DNA from: Basidiobolus meristosporus CBS 931.73
Lineage: Eukaryota > Fungi > Basidiobolomycota
Length of the DNA stretch: 64,000 nucleotides
Reading direction: 5' to 3'
NCBI GenBank assembly: GCA_002104905.1
Contig: MCFE01000167.1
Location: forward strand, 62,001 to 126,000
A program made the translations under genes and the position numbers. Below the pieces are notes generated by a model. It had not been told where the DNA came from, ran no database searches, and saw nothing but the letters and a program-made list of their open reading frames with translations. Below, in pieces: positions 36,792-51,600 of the stretch; position 1 is the stretch's first letter, and each line of letters opens with the position of its first letter.

Positions 36792-39245
36792 AGTCCTACC
36801 AACATTCGCGATATCCCTGCGTTGCCCACATGCACGGTTAGCCCACCAAGTGGACCTGACAGAACCATCATCAAGGTGTGATCCGTAGGCGCAACACGTC
36901 GCTACAGGCATCCTGATAATGAGGTAATTGCCTATCGCTTGACTCACTCTATCCCTAACGAACCATGGTGGGTCATCCACAACACCGTGCCTCCACTGCT
37001 AGTGGGGACGAGATCCCCAGCATCTGAACAATGGGCCCGTCTGTGGAAGGAACACCCTCATCTTACACCCTGATCATTACATAAGCATGAGCACGGTAGG
37101 TTAAGGTGGACGGCACACAAGGATCCTGGCTGATGATGGCACGGCATGGATCCTACGTTCCACAGGTGCTCGCATGTCTGTTTCCTCACTGCCTTAATTC
37201 TAAATCATAAATCATCCCAACACGGCATTCCAGTTTGTTGGAACCTATCGCATGTTGAATAGCTAAACCTGCTCTATCGAGAAATGATGTAGCTTAAAAT
37301 GTCCTCGCCAGATTGGCGATTCCCTCCCCGGAATCCCACTTGGAAATATATTTGATATTTGGGCGTCCCCATCATGAATACCGGTCCCTTTCTTGCATAT
37401 GCAAGACGTAGTCCGATTATTCCACAAACTAGCCTGTCTGCTTGTTTAAGGGAATTGTAATTACCTTTCCTCAGTTCGATATGGGTTATGCTGTGCCTTG
37501 GTTTCACCTGCCTCCATTCCCAAGGTGCCTGCTGAGATTTACCAGAGGTCCATATTTGGCACGTGCCGCTCTGTAATCACGTGAGGGGGCCATTCGATAT
37601 TTAGGACCACCCTTAGGGAGACGGTGGTATGCCTGCTGTCAATATGAGCTAACCAATCTGGATATCACGGAGAAATTGATATGCTTTGATTGATTGAACG
37701 TTTTACCCAAGCATACAATCGAAAGGGGCGTAGTCTAACGGGCTTTAAGGAGAGCCGGATTCCTGACGGGTCCTAGGGAATACTACCAAAACGGCGAGAA
37801 TAGGAAATCGCCAAATAAGGTTGGGGGCTTGAATGCCTTTCTGGACGTAGTTCTATCTCCTTCAGCTGTCCGGGGCGAAAATCACCCTGATCTGGTGTCC
37901 TAGGCTTCGCCGGTTGAAGCGTGGGTCAGTGTCGGGTTCAGTCTATCCGAGATTCCACCCAGCGGCTGAACCAATAGGGGGACGGTTCTTGCATAGGTAT
38001 TGCCTAAAACGGGTGCATCAAGGAATCGAAGTAGGGAGTGCGCTGTGCACTGGTTCCGTTTCGAAACCTCATTAATAAGCGTTCGAAATTGAATTCTGAT
38101 TAATATGCTTGCAAGCACTCCACTTGGGTTTGGTGAGATTGGTGGTCATATGGTGGCTCATCAGACGCCCCTGTTCGATATGAACAGGCAGTAAATACCC
38201 GAGAGATTTACCAGGGTCTCGCGATTGCAGTGCCGTCGACTGCGTGCCCGGTTTTAGGCTTTGGAACATTGTCAGGCATCCATCAGATTATGCAAGAATT
38301 ACTATCCCAAGTCCAAAACTTAGCAAAGTACTTGGAGTAGCGCTTCCGTCTACGCTTATTTTTAGCTTCATTGAATGGTTTACCCATCTACTTGCATGTT
38401 TCGATGATTCACCCTAGTTGTGGATGGAGATTTGGATTGGTAGACCGCTAAGGCAGCATCGTGGGTATGACGACACGATGACTGGGAGCCATGTCGATCG
38501 CAATCATGGATGGCCGGAGGGGAAGTCTCTGATGGTGTGCGAATGGCCGGGACCTCTAAGGAGCGAAGATGAATCTATGAGTTTATGTGGATTTAGGGCG
38601 TTAGCTTGTTCGTTCCCTGGGACTTCTGCATAATTTATGCAGGTAAACAAAGTATCTAAGCCAATTGGGGTGGCTCATGGGTAACGGCAACCTGCAGTCG
38701 GTAATTATATTATGGACATATCATCAGAGAGGTCGGGATATCGAATCACCAGTCTGATCTGAAATCCAACCCCTGAGGGCCCGTTGAGCCAGCGTTTCCT
38801 CACTATCTTTGTTTGGAAGCGGATAAAATAAGACGGCAAAAATATAGAAACCAAGTCATATAAGATATTTGTCTAATTGTATCCTGGATTAGGGTTGATG
38901 AAATCTCAGCCTGTCCGCCTGTATTCCTGAAGCTCAATTCGGCTTGACCACATTTTATAGCTTTGTTTGATTCCACTTGTTCCCATTGCTTTTGCTCCCA
39001 TTTCCCTATTTCCCCTTCTGACTGAATTAACCAGTGGCTGTTTATCCTTGGGCCACCATAGCGCTAGAGAGCATTAAAAATCAACGTATTCGAAGGACTG
39101 TATAGACAGTTGGGAGTAAGGTTGACTATCTTTGTTGTCTGTGAAATAACTGGCCTAGAGTCCGCTTTTTTCTGCCTAAGTAGTGCCTGGCTCCACCGTC
39201 ATTCCTTAGTCGCTTCTCACTTAGGAGGTATTTGCTTCTTTTGCC

Positions 39246-42205
39246 ATGCCAACTCACTCTGCTTTGCGCTCACCCGATTCTAATGAGGACCTTGACCTCG
39301 TCGTAAGTTTCACTCTCTTCCCATATTATATATTATACCACTTTCATGCACCGCAAACTTATAAGCCCGCCACCTCATGGCATTATATCCTTTTAGATGG
39401 CCAGCGTCGAGCATTCCTATCAGTACGTTAAAGACATGACTGAGGGAAATCAGCTAGAACTGGCTTCGCTCTTGAATTTCTTTCGAAACCGGTGAATACC
39501 ACACTCCGTACTTTTGCAAGCCATTTGTGAACTTACACCCAGGCACAGCTTAATTATAGAAGAGCAGTATTGGAAGAGTCTTGACAAGCTAGCCAAGAGA
39601 CAGGCCGAGCTGTTTCCATTGATGTAGTTATATCCTTTGTGCGGCTCTTCGTCACGGTTACTGTACTAAGCCGTATTCCACGATTTGTATTTAGGACTGG
39701 CGGTACCAATTTGATGACCACTTGTCAACAAGCTTTCAGAGCTATCGTGTACGCTCACGAGGACCTGGCCACATTGCACAGGAGCATTGCCGAAAAGCTT
39801 GCGAAAGAGATAGTGGAGCGTCTAGCCATCATCAAGGTGATTCTCTGCGTAGGCCAACACATCTCTCCAAAGGAGAATTACTGATCGCAATTTAGGACAA
39901 CCACCGATCGAAGGGTTCGCATATCAAATCCGTGTTGAAGTCGGCCAACAAGGAGTATCTAGAATACAGAACCCAAACTCTACCTAAAGTACGGTCTCTA
40001 CGCCTAGAAAGCCAGACATTCACACTCACCCCTTTACCCCATACGGAACAGTTACAGAAAACGTACATCTCGAAATGTGAATCGCTGAAAAACTCGTTCG
40101 GTAATGACGAAGAAAACTCGTCGAGACCAAACCAGACTCCACGCCATAAGCAAACCAATTCCAAGGTATCTGTCGAATAGTGGATGTTCATTGTACTATA
40201 CAGAGACTCACCGAGCCGCATAGAACTTTGCCAAGTACACCAAGGCGAAGAAGGAGCTGGACGACGCTGGTAAGTTGCTGCTTTGTGAGGATAGGGCTGG
40301 TTGGTCTGGGTGGAGGTTTATCGATTTTTGGATCGCAGACGAAGACTACCGTCGGGGAATCCAACAACTAGAGCGTGTAAGACAGAAGCATGCATTCCAT
40401 ACAAAGAACGCGTTCGAGGTACTTTTCGGTGGCTGATGTTTGCGAGAGTTTGTTGATTCACACGGCGCTCTAGGATTCGAAGGATCTGGAATCTGAGCGT
40501 ATCGAAGAAACCAAAGAGATTTTCCAGAAATACAGCAGTGCAGAGCAGGAGATGTGTAACGGAACTAACTTGGTAGGTGCACTATTGACGCAACAGAGTG
40601 AAGCTTTTGCCCACGGCCAGAGTTTGATAATGATCTGTTAGGTGCTGGATCAGATATATCCATATGTGGAATGCATCAAGCCCGAGGTTGATATACGTTT
40701 GTTCAGCGCATCTCGACAGCCACATGACTGTACACTGCCCCAGCCCGTGTACTACAACAACTACTACGTTGGTGTAACCAAAGGTATCCATAAGTTTGCG
40801 TAGGTGGCTTTGTTTGGATATCTAACTCAGCAGCATGTAGATCTAATTTTTGGTGTGCCACTTACCGAGCACCATCGCCTGAAGAAACGTCACGTCCCAT
40901 TGATTGTAGAGAAATGCATCGATTTCATTGATAATCATGGTCAGTAAGAGCGTGTGAAGTTGCATTGCTGTGATGGACTTCTCACCCCCTTTGCTCTCCA
41001 GGATTGAACAGAGAGGGAATCTATAGGGTCTCTGGAAAGCATTCTCAGGTTCAACAGTTACGGCAGGCTTTTGAGAAGAACGAGGAGATCAGTCTAGAAG
41101 ATGACACTAGCGTAGCCTCGGTGGCCAGTCTCCTCAAGACCTATATTCGAGAACTACCTGAGCCACTGTTCCCTTTTCCTTTTGCTGAGCGTGTCGAGTA
41201 TTCAAGTATGTGCACCAGTAGAGACCCATACCCTCCGATTCATTCACATTGATGCATACATTCCGCTCCATAGAATACCCTGATGCAGAAGATAGACTCA
41301 TAATACTCCGTCAAAAGTTGAGCGCCCTGCCCGACGCCCACCTCTATACTTTGTTAAACCTTGCTCGCCATCTTGCTCGGTCGGTCAATATCTACTTGTC
41401 ATTGATGATGCCATCCGATCTAACATCAGGGCTTGTCTTTAGGGTAGCGCAGCACTCAGATGCCAACAAAATGAACATTTCCAACGTCAGTCTGATCTTC
41501 ACCCCGGTGATATTCCATGACGCTCCCGACTCTACGGGGGCAGGATCGCTTGCGGAGTGGCAATATGACATCGTGTTAGAAGATCTAGTCAACAATATTG
41601 ATGGTATCTCTGATTCCGACGGACTTCTCAAAACGGAAGGACTCTCCTCTGGGGATCGGTCGAGCCAGCTGTCCAGCCCAACTTCCCCGTGCCGCCATAG
41701 TCGAAGCTTGTCAGTTGAGGGGTATTTGATGCCGCTTGCTGAGCGCAATTATTCAACGAATACTCTGGGTTCTGGATCCCCTGACGATAGCCTGTTCCCT
41801 GATCCGTCAATGGACACATTGAGCATCACAACCCGAGGCTCGCTATCGTCATTTGATCTGCATTCAAGCCAAGATCACCAAATGTACTTATCACGCAATG
41901 GGGATTCCGAATCCCCACGAGTCACTATCCCTGATGTTAACTCAGGAGGGGTCATTCCCACATCAAGCAATCATATGCCACCGTCATTACTGCCACCAAT
42001 GCCGCCTCGTCCCAATGGTGCACCTGCATCGTCGATGTCTTCCCAACGTCCCTGGAACCTCTCCTCTCCTCGAGAAGAGGAGCGGTCGACGGAGTGCGTC
42101 GTGGAACCTGCCCCGGAATCCAAGTGGCCAAGCCTGACCATTCCTGCCCCTTCTCGGGCTCGTTCCATATCGCCCCACGGATTTCTCAAAAATCTGATTT
42201 CATAG
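39246..42205 (+). CDS. F-BAR plus RhoGAP protein (Rgd1-like); many exons
   Basis: N-terminal FCH-like exons (FFRNR...IEEQYWKSLDKLA). RhoGAP: IFGVPL...VPLIVEKCIDFI...GLNREGIYRVSG...LLKTYIRELPEPLFP...NKMNISNVSLIFTP. S/P-rich tail. Confidence 0.88.
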
Positions 42206-43062
42206 AGCCTGCGACGCAAGCAACTCCGATCTCTAGTTTAATTTCAAGACGTGTAGCCGAATGAACCACCCTTCTCTCCACGTGTCCATCCAGATATCCC
42301 AACTGAAACTCGGTTCCCCTGGCCAACGAGCTCGCGTTCATTGGACATTCTCGCTCTCTGTATAATGGTTTCTCATCAGTACTACGTCTCCTCTCTATCT
42401 CCCCCGCTGGCCCCATCTATTATTAGCAAAGACTGCTGTGTTTCAAGCCAACCCTTAAGTGCGATGAATCCTGCGATTCGCGCCATTTTGAATTCTATAA
42501 AGATTCATTCAAATCCATCAAAGACCCAGCCAACCAAGTTTTCTCTATGCGGGACTGGGTAATCGACACGTAGCTCGGTTCGGAGCAAGCGCGAAGATGC
42601 GACAGATTGGGGTCACGGGGTGACGATCTCCGGTGACAACGTATCTGGATGCTGAGCTGCCGAGATACTGGCCGGTTTCAAAGCAGGCAATTGGCTACCT
42701 GATGAAACAGCATGTTTCCAATTGATGCCCAGGTGTTGGAGAGGATTTCAGGATTCAGTAACAAACCACCCAAGGGAGCTGTACACAACACTGTAAAGGG
42801 ATTCACACAAAAGCGACATCCCCGATTTCCAACCACTTCTCAAACGAGCCGTCGAGAAAGCCGATAAAAAGTCCCGCCACGACGGATTTCTAGGATCTGC
42901 CTACCTTCCCCCACCCTCTTCCCATCGTTTCCACTCCCTTGACGGGCGTACTTCCTGCTAAGCTCCTGCTTGACACTCTACCGGGACTCCATTCCTTGCT
43001 TCACAGTCGAATTTCCATCGCTCTCCGCTGAAATCCCATAGCCGGTCAGATTAGATGACAAA

Positions 43063-45187
43063 ATGAAATATCCTCGCTATTTAATGGCCCTCCTTGGGAT
43101 TATCGGATATTCAAATCTGTGTGAGTGGGCCAGCGCAAGAAGTCATCAGACGTTTAGGAACTAACTGATCTCCAACCTATTTCTGCCTTGCGGGAAAATC
43201 TAGTGCACGCAAGCTCGAGTAATTCTACGGATGCTGGTCGTACGAGAAACTTGGCAGGAGTCGGGGACAGATGTGGCGGCAAAGACCTGAGATTATGGTA
43301 AGGATTTGATTAGGGTGGCAAAGGCTCCAATCGTTTTGACAGGTTTCAGTGCGGAAGGGTTAGGATGCGTAAGGCCGGGCCATAAGAGGGAGTTCTTCAC
43401 TCAGGACGAAACGATGCCGGGCATATGCCGAAAACTCGGGGAGGTAAGTGACCAATCGAACGCCGACGTATCAGGAGCTAGCCAAGGGTGCTAAACCAGA
43501 GCCATGCCATTTTAGGAGGGAACACGATGCAATCCGCACGCGCAGGGAAAAGCCAAATGCATGAACGCACTTTCCTGTTTCCCAAGACCGGCGAGCGGAA
43601 AAAACGTGGGCGTCTGTGTCAATCCGTATAACCGGTTGATCAAGATCAATTTGCCCGAATTGAACAAACCCCACGGTTCTCCAAACATAACCTTGCCGAG
43701 CTCAGCTCAAGTCGCTTCCGGGACATCCAAGCCCACAGGTACCAGAAGTCTGAGCACTCTTACCCCTTCTGTCTCGGTATCTAGTAGCTCCTCCGAAGGA
43801 AAGGCCTCCAGGCCAACATCCATCTCCAACCCCTCCTCTTCCGTCACCCCAAGCTTGAATCAGCCATGTGGGGGGAAGCAACAGATCAAATGGTAAGAGA
43901 TACAAGTTTAGGGCATCAGAAATGGAAACTAACCCCTTGGGAACTTCAGCGGCTTGGATTTGTTGTGTGTACATACAGGACCAAATGTAACCTCAACAAG
44001 TTTCGGAGTGTGTAGGAGAAAAGGAGAGGTAGTCTTTCGATGATCTCCCTCTTCTAGGGCAAGAAACTTACGAGTAAAATTTAGATCGGCACTCCCTGCA
44101 TCTCTTCCGCAAACTGCGACGCAAGTCTATCTTGTCTCAGCAAGGGTCGTGATGGTGTGGCGGAGAAGACCTGCCAACCGAAGCTCCACCATGACCACTC
44201 CTCCTTGGGGCAACTCTGTGGAGGGATACAGAAGCTCAAATGGTAAGAATCACACCATTATACCATTGCAAGTGATATGAAGGATTCTCGGGCTCTAACC
44301 AGAGATGAAACATTGACTCCGATGGATCTTCATGTAGTCAACCTGGGTTAGAATGTGTACGCGAAGAGGCTATAGCCCAGTCCGGAGAGCATGCCAAACG
44401 GACCAAGAAAATGGTGGGGGTTTGTAGGAGTCGTGGAGAGGTAAAGCCACCGAAAGAGCCCTGATACGACTGACAAGTTACTGACGTTTCTAAGATTGGC
44501 ACGGTTTGCGGGCCGAAAATCCCGTGGACATGTGACCGTGGCCTAGTGTGCGATCTAACGACATTGAGTGACACTGGTCGATGCATCGAAGAAAAGGGTG
44601 CACCCCGCGCACTACCTAAGCCTGGCATTCGTACCCAGGCTGCCATTCAGCCTGGAAAGCTATCAAACCGCACGGTCATGAAGCCTTGCTCCCCCGCACA
44701 GCCATGGTTGGCTCATCATGTTCTAATACGAGTCAATTGTTTACTAATTCTTGTCCTATCAGTCAACCAGGATATATTTGTATGCAGGATGAAGGGAATC
44801 TGACTATGGGGCGTGGAGTTTGCCAAAAGGCCGGTACGGTAGGTACGTTACTCAACAACTACCCACAAGTTCCCTTCCAGCATGTTTAACCGGCTATGTG
44901 TTGACCAGCTGGGCACACCATGCATCGTCAGATCAAAGCGCCTCCCGTGCGACTCGAGGCTGATCTGCTCCCGGACTCAAAACGAACTGACCGTGGACAT
45001 AGGAATATGCCAAGAGAGACGGTCTGAAGCCCTGGTCAACAATGTATTTACGGGAGGGATAGGAAAATCAAATGTCCACCAAGCCAGTAATGTCAAAATC
45101 ACCTTGGATTCCCACAAATTACATGAGGGACGTCAACTAGAGAAGTATGCAAGCAATCTGCATCGTAGAATTTTCCCAAAGCGTTAA
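43063..45187 (+). CDS. Secreted cysteine-rich repeat protein (10 exons, about 509 aa, eight 4-Cys modules)
   Basis: Exons 43063-43120, 43204-43297, 43350-43443, 43516-43892, 43950-44028, 44085-44242, 44338-44440, 44495-44706, 44763-44838 and 44909-45187 total 1530 nt. All introns are GT-AG, the frame stays open and the protein starts with a signal-peptide-like MKYPRYLMALLGIIG. Confidence 0.85.
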
Positions 45188-45650
45188 GTCCATTTCCCTG
45201 ACCTCCCAGCCCGCGCCTTTTCTGGGAATGGAAACCAAGCGGAGACTGGCTTGATGTGTTGCTACATGTTATATATACTCACACAGGTCAACTAGCATGG
45301 CGTGTAATAAATTTTTTCTTAGTAAGTGTAATAAATTTTTTCATTCATTCACATGGTTAAGCTCGGTCGATATTTATATATACGTGTAGTGCATGTAAAA
45401 TCTGTGGCCGACTCCGATATATTAGGTAGGACAGGAGATCACTGGGTTTTAAGGTGAATCCTGCAACTTGGTTCGGAATGACCCACAGACTTACGGTAAC
45501 AGAAGGTATGATATGCAAGTTAGGGAGCGCGCAGCTGAACAGCGAATTCAATCGATCAAACTGAGGTATTCACAATAACTTCGATACATGCATAGGAAGT
45601 AGTGGACAGTCGAGTGGCCTGTCAAATAGAAACCTTTCTAAGGGATGCCT

Positions 45651-48600
45651 CTAGGAGGTGATTTTGTAGACCTCTCCTAGACGTTTGAGGAACTGCTGGA
45701 CGGCCAGTCGGACATCCGTATGAAGTTTGCTAGAGAAGAGCTCCAAGATTTGGGGGAATAATTTAGGCGCGTGCTTGGAAAACTAGAATGACCACATGGA
45801 TGGATTAGCCTTGAGCGAGGTTTTCATATTGGCAGTATCGATATACCTGGATGTCCTCCAACTCTGAGAATCTACTCAGAAATTTAACCACGATGGGCCG
45901 CCATATCTCTAGCTTGGAGTCACCGTAAGCACCGTTGTTCGAGTTATACGAGGCCAATATCGCATAAGACAGTCTAGGGAATCAATCCAATGATGTCAGT
46001 ACGCCAAGTAGGATACAGATGCGAAATCCAAGAAACTTTACGGGGTCAGCTTGTCTTCAACCTCGTCAGCATGGTTACGTCGGTCGTCCGAGTTGTCGCC
46101 ATACATTTTGAACAGGAGAAAAACACAACTACAAACACTAAGGGTCTCTTGGCGAAATAGATTAGGTAGCTGGGGCATCAGGCCTAATAAATGAAAAAGA
46201 ATGAGATGTTGTTTGGATCCATAAAACTCGAGGTAGTACCTGCTTCATAGATCGCACTACGAAGCTGCAAATCAGAGTTGAACCGCTGAGCGAACCAGTA
46301 GGACCGCTCGAGACTGTCAATGATGATAAACAGATGGTGTGAGTCGATCGCTTGATAGACCTGATCATTGGAGTTGAACAGCTCGTCCACAGTCTGAATC
46401 AATAATAGTCGTAGAACACATTTGAGCGTAATACGCCTAAATTCTTGCTTCTGTTTCTCCATCTGGCTATATGAAGTGCTTTTGAGTGAGCTAGTACGTG
46501 GCGGCAAATCAGTTGAATACGGCGAAGAAGGCAACGGTTCGGGCTCCGAGAGCGCTTTTCTAAAATCAAACAAGCCTTGTGGGCTACTGCTATCGAAAAG
46601 CCTCACGAAGGTGGAGCAGATCTTATCCCAAAGCTGGCTGTCCAGCCGGGAAATGTTGCTCTCGATAAGTTGCTGCAAGCAACTGTTGCCGATCCTAGCT
46701 AGAGTCTCGTTTTCTTGTGTAATGCAGACATACAGCAGCTCCAGAACACCATCGGTCATACCCTTGAGGGTTTCGAAATAGAAGGTGAACAGATCTATGG
46801 TGTTTCGGATAGCCTGGATCAGAGTGGTCGAAAGCCAAACACTCATGTCTTCTGGGTTTTTGAATCTAGACTTTTCACAGGAGGAGTCAAAATCATTGAA
46901 TATAGGGAAAATGACCTGGTGAAAGATGGACTTCCAGAAGTCGCAGCGGAACTCGGTTCCATGCTGTTTAAGAGAATCAAACATGTAGTTGAGTGCTCGG
47001 TTGCGAACTTCAAGGTCTTCACAATTCATGACTATATCGTACAACCCAAGCATGATGGGGAACCAGAATGAGTTCCCATCGTCTCTACCCGCCACCGGTG
47101 AATCCGGACGGTCGTTGGCAGTTTGCTGAGCGATCAGTTTCTGGGTTATTTGTTTGAAGATTTCCATGGAATGCAGGCTGGTTTTGACAAATCGGGTGTT
47201 CTGGCAAAACTGCACTAGACACGAGACGAAGTCTTGTAAGCAGCCGTGGGTGGCGATGTCATCAAAGTTATTCTTGGCCACTGACTTGATGATTTCAAAC
47301 GCCATGGCTACGATCAGCTCGTTTTCATCTTGAGCTGCCTTCGAAAAGACCCCAAACATCGTCTTCCATCCAGAACGAATATGATACCCACGGGCCTGGA
47401 TCATCTGTTGAAGACAGCGCAAAACCATGTCTTTGATGTTGTAGTTTTCATTGTGCTCTATAATGAATTCAAAAGGCCGGAGAAAATCTTTTTGAAACTT
47501 GAAATGCGGGAGCTCCTCCTTCTCCAAGAATTTCATTGAAAGCTGTCTAAGCGAGTCTAACGCAAAGAACGCAACATCATTATTGGAGTGGCAGCCAACC
47601 TGGTTGAAATGATCTCCCAATATAGCCCACATGTTGGACCATTCCATTCGAATTCTGCTCATGTTGTAATAGCAGATCTCAACCAACTTCTGGAGGCAGT
47701 ACGTTCTAGGATGCTCTGCATTTGTTGATGAACGAATTTCTTCCATGGAGATTTCGCTCAAGGCTCTCACGAAATCAACTACTGCAGGCCCCGAGAGCCG
47801 AACGCTGCCAGTAAAGATCCGGTCCACGGCAACTACAACCTGCTGCGATCTGGTTTCAATGGCTGCCTCTTCCGCATACAGAGTGTGGATTGTCGAGGTT
47901 CGATGAGATTTGTTGGAGTGCAAGGAAGCGCTTGATTGTCTTTTCTCGAGCTGTGGTTGGGAGTTCGGAACTCGCCGGGCATTACTTATATCGGGAATGG
48001 TGTCACTGTCGGCACCATTGCTTATTAGTTGGAATCGTTCTAATTGGCTCACACAAGCAAGAACATCTCTCCAGGACTCTTTGAGATTGTTTCCCTCCGA
48101 GAGAGCAATCTCTAGCAAGGTCTTGATAGCCTCAACATTCTTGACCTTCATTTCACTAAGATTGTTGAGGTATGTGGATTTGGCAAGGGTGGATACAAAG
48201 GCATTTCTCTCCAATTCCATATCAAATATAGAGGCGATATGAACAGCGAACTTCAGCCCCTCAAGACACAAGTTCACGATTTCCAAATCGTCATATTCTT
48301 GCATCGGAGAGCTAACACCAGCCAAAAAGGCCATCCACACCAATTCGAACATCGGCCGGACATGCTCAAAGTGAGATGCGCTGTAGTACGTCGCCTGAAC
48401 CCGGCTAATCCCACGGCTACCTCTGCCTTTAAATATCGCCTCAGTTTTCGAGGCCAATTCTGCAGAAGCGTGTGCATACAGCTCGCGTCTAGCTTTTCCG
48501 GTGATCACTTCGAAAGGAGACAGATCTTTGAAGATGTTCATCGGGCCATTTGAGAAGGAATTTGAAGCAACGCCCTTTTCGTCTTTGATTCGAATCTCGT

Positions 48601-51600
48601 TCTTGGAAATATCATCGTATATCTCAGCCAAAAACTCATCGGGAAGGTCTGCCTTATCATCGATTCCCGCGTTGTTCTTGAGGAAGTCAATCAGCGACAT
48701 TCGGTGCTTCACTTGGGGATTATGAAGATCGGTGTTGAGCAGGATCACCGAGTACGCCAATACATAAGCGGTGTCGGCGTTGGCGAACTTCCCGGAGTTT
48801 CCTATGACATAGCGCTCCGCAAATTTCAACATGAACCTATCGATTTTCTGCGCTTCACCAGGCAACCGGAATGGCTGAAGGAATCTCCTTAGGGCGTCTA
48901 CAAACGGCATATCACTGAAACTCATATCGTCGACGAATGCATGCATGATGGCGACATTTTCTTCACTACCTTCTCCAAGGAATTCCCCCAATGTTGTTTT
49001 GTTTATGCCTTCTGTGTTGAGGAAAAAGCGCGCAATCGTTTTGGGATCTCTGTTTTCTATGCAGTGAGTTTCGAGAAGAAAGTTGAATCCTTTCTTTGGT
49101 TTCCAATTAAACATTTGAATCCCTTGTTGGAGTACTTGCTTTCTTTGCTTTAGAGTCTCAAATTGCCCTGGATCGTCCAAGGCCAGTGATCTGATACTTG
49201 GCGTAGAGCCATTAAGTACAGGACTAGGCGAGGAGTGACCATTCGCCTCTACAATGGAGTTCGCATTTTCATATGCATCCTCACTTTTACGAGTGAGCCG
49301 GGATTGTTTGTCATCCTCGAGCACAGTATTCTCCCCTTCAGTAACGCCTAACCCTTTGTCACTCCAGGTCGTTAGCGATCTGAGCACAGCAACAAGGCAC
49401 TCCAAGGCCTTTTGCTTGATGTCACTTTCGTTGCCTTGGTTATAGAGTTGGGAAGATAGGCTGTTGTTGACAGAGGTAGTTGTCAAAGACGGTTGAATAA
49501 CCCCGCTCGATGGGGCAATCGAGTTGGAGTGTTGGTTGGAAGATGGCACTCCGGTGGATGATGGACCAGTACGTACAGTGGTGATCTTCGAGATGACATT
49601 CACCAACCTTTCGTATATATTGTCCAAAGCCTCCTTGTCACAATCATAGTTCAAGTAGATTTCGACTAGTGTTTGTGGGTCATTGCAGATTTTCTGCAAG
49701 ATATTCAGTAGAGCTGTCTTCTGGTGAAATGTCGCTGAACGCATTTCCAGGATAGGTAGAAATATCTCCTTGAAAAATACTTCTATTTCCTTTTTCAGCA
49801 ACATTCGCAGTCCTTGCAGAAGCTTGAGGAATATTTCCAGAGATACCTCGAAGATACCACCCACAGTTGAGGTAAGATTTCGGCTTAAACTTAGACAAAG
49901 GTATTGCTTGACTGATGTCAGAAGACTCACATATACAGGCTGATTTTGCTCAGTATAAGTGACAAACCCAACATTGGATGAAGTAAACGTTTCCAAGTGA
50001 GAGGTGATGATGATCAGGATGAGGTGTAGAGAGAGTAGCTTTGAGCGCATAGAAAGAGACCTAACGTCAGAAGCTCCTTCGGTGCTGATAGGCTTCATAG
50101 ATAAACGACAAAGCGCTCTGAAAAGTAAGTATGCGTCTCTAACTTCTATGTCATCAATCGCACTGCTCACATATCCTGCATCATCGTATCCTTTTGAAAG
50201 TTCGGTCTGCCCCTTGGAAGATGATTGGGGAGTGTCACTGTCTTTAAAGGCACTAGATATGCTCTCTGCATTATTATCGTCCTCATTCAGTGGACTCTCC
50301 TCGGGGATGTCTGCTTTGAACATATCTGCCTGCGACTCCAGAGAAGTCGAAATTGCCTTCGAATCGACAGCGGTAAGCGTCTCCTTGAGTGTATCAATTC
50401 TCTCGTCAATCAGAACTTCAAGCTTCTCCGTGTTGGAGTCCAAAGGGATATTTACCAGCTCCTTATCGTCCAAGTCAGTAAACTCGTCGCTGATAGAGCT
50501 GATATGATCACTCTCGGGGACATCAAGGGTAGGATCCAGTGGATTTTCCACAGAAGCCGTCTCCTCTTTAGTCAATTCTTTTTCGGAATTGCTATTTGCT
50601 ATTGAGTTTCGACGCTGCTCTGTGACGTCCTCCGATCTTTCATCAAAAACCCCTGGCTGCTTATCCTTTGTCTCCGCATCATTTTCTCCTTTGGCTGGTT
50701 CGGAGGTCGACACCGATAGATTTTCAGAATCACTCTCTTGGTTGACGTTGCTGATATTCTGTACGGGAGCACTGTGGGTAAGCTCTGCGGTATCTGGTGT
50801 GCTTTTAGCATCGACATCAACTGTCATGGAGCTCTTTCTAAGTTGGATTCGGCTGAATATGGCATGAACCATCTGCGTTAAAATGCCTTGAGCGATGGTT
50901 TGATTCCCTGGATCTCTAGAAAGCAAAAAGATATTGTAGGTGGTTCGAACGGCTTTCAGTAGCGCCCTTTGATGTATTTTGAAAGTGTTGGATGTGATTG
51001 CAGCCAGAAGTGCCTACGGTAAGGTTCGAAAATTAGTGACCGTCTCAACGCTTTCATTGCAATCGGATTGGGCTGTACTTTAATGATTTGTAGTTGAATT
51101 TTATCATCAGTTCCTTCCCCGACAAAGCAGTCGCATACAAGATCAATAAGCTGATCTGTTAAATTATCTTGTCCAGTAGGCGGTATGCCGGCGGCAGAGT
51201 CTTCTAAGGCTGTCTTATCATGCTCTGTAGTGGTTTCAGGAATGGTCTCCAGCGTGGAAGTGTTGGGTGACGTAGGCAGAGTTGATGAGGCCGCTTGACC
51301 ATTGATAATATAATTATATGTAATAAGCTTTCCAATACAATCAACGGCGATCACAGTGAGATTGTTAGACCCAGTTAGGCATGCAAGTTTCAAAGGCAAC
51401 ACCAGAATTTCGGAATCGCTATACAAAGGGTGAGTACATGTCATCTCTCCAAAGACTGGGGAATCAAACGGCCTACCTAGCGGTACATATCGATGCATCA
51501 GGGTGGTTGTTGATGACGTCTATATGATTTGGAATGAATGAAGTTTTAGAAAGGATATAAAGTGAGGATGAGTCCGAGGAAGGCACAAAAGACGAAGTAA

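Noticed and set aside
37724-37800. tRNA A-box-like TAGTCTAACGG
   Set aside because: No B-box (GTTCRANNC) and no cloverleaf pairing.
46422-50867. Many + strand ORFs of 60-167 aa
   Set aside because: Antisense shadows of the SEC7 coding sequence; the same applies to short ORFs opposite the kinesin, DGAT and copia genes.
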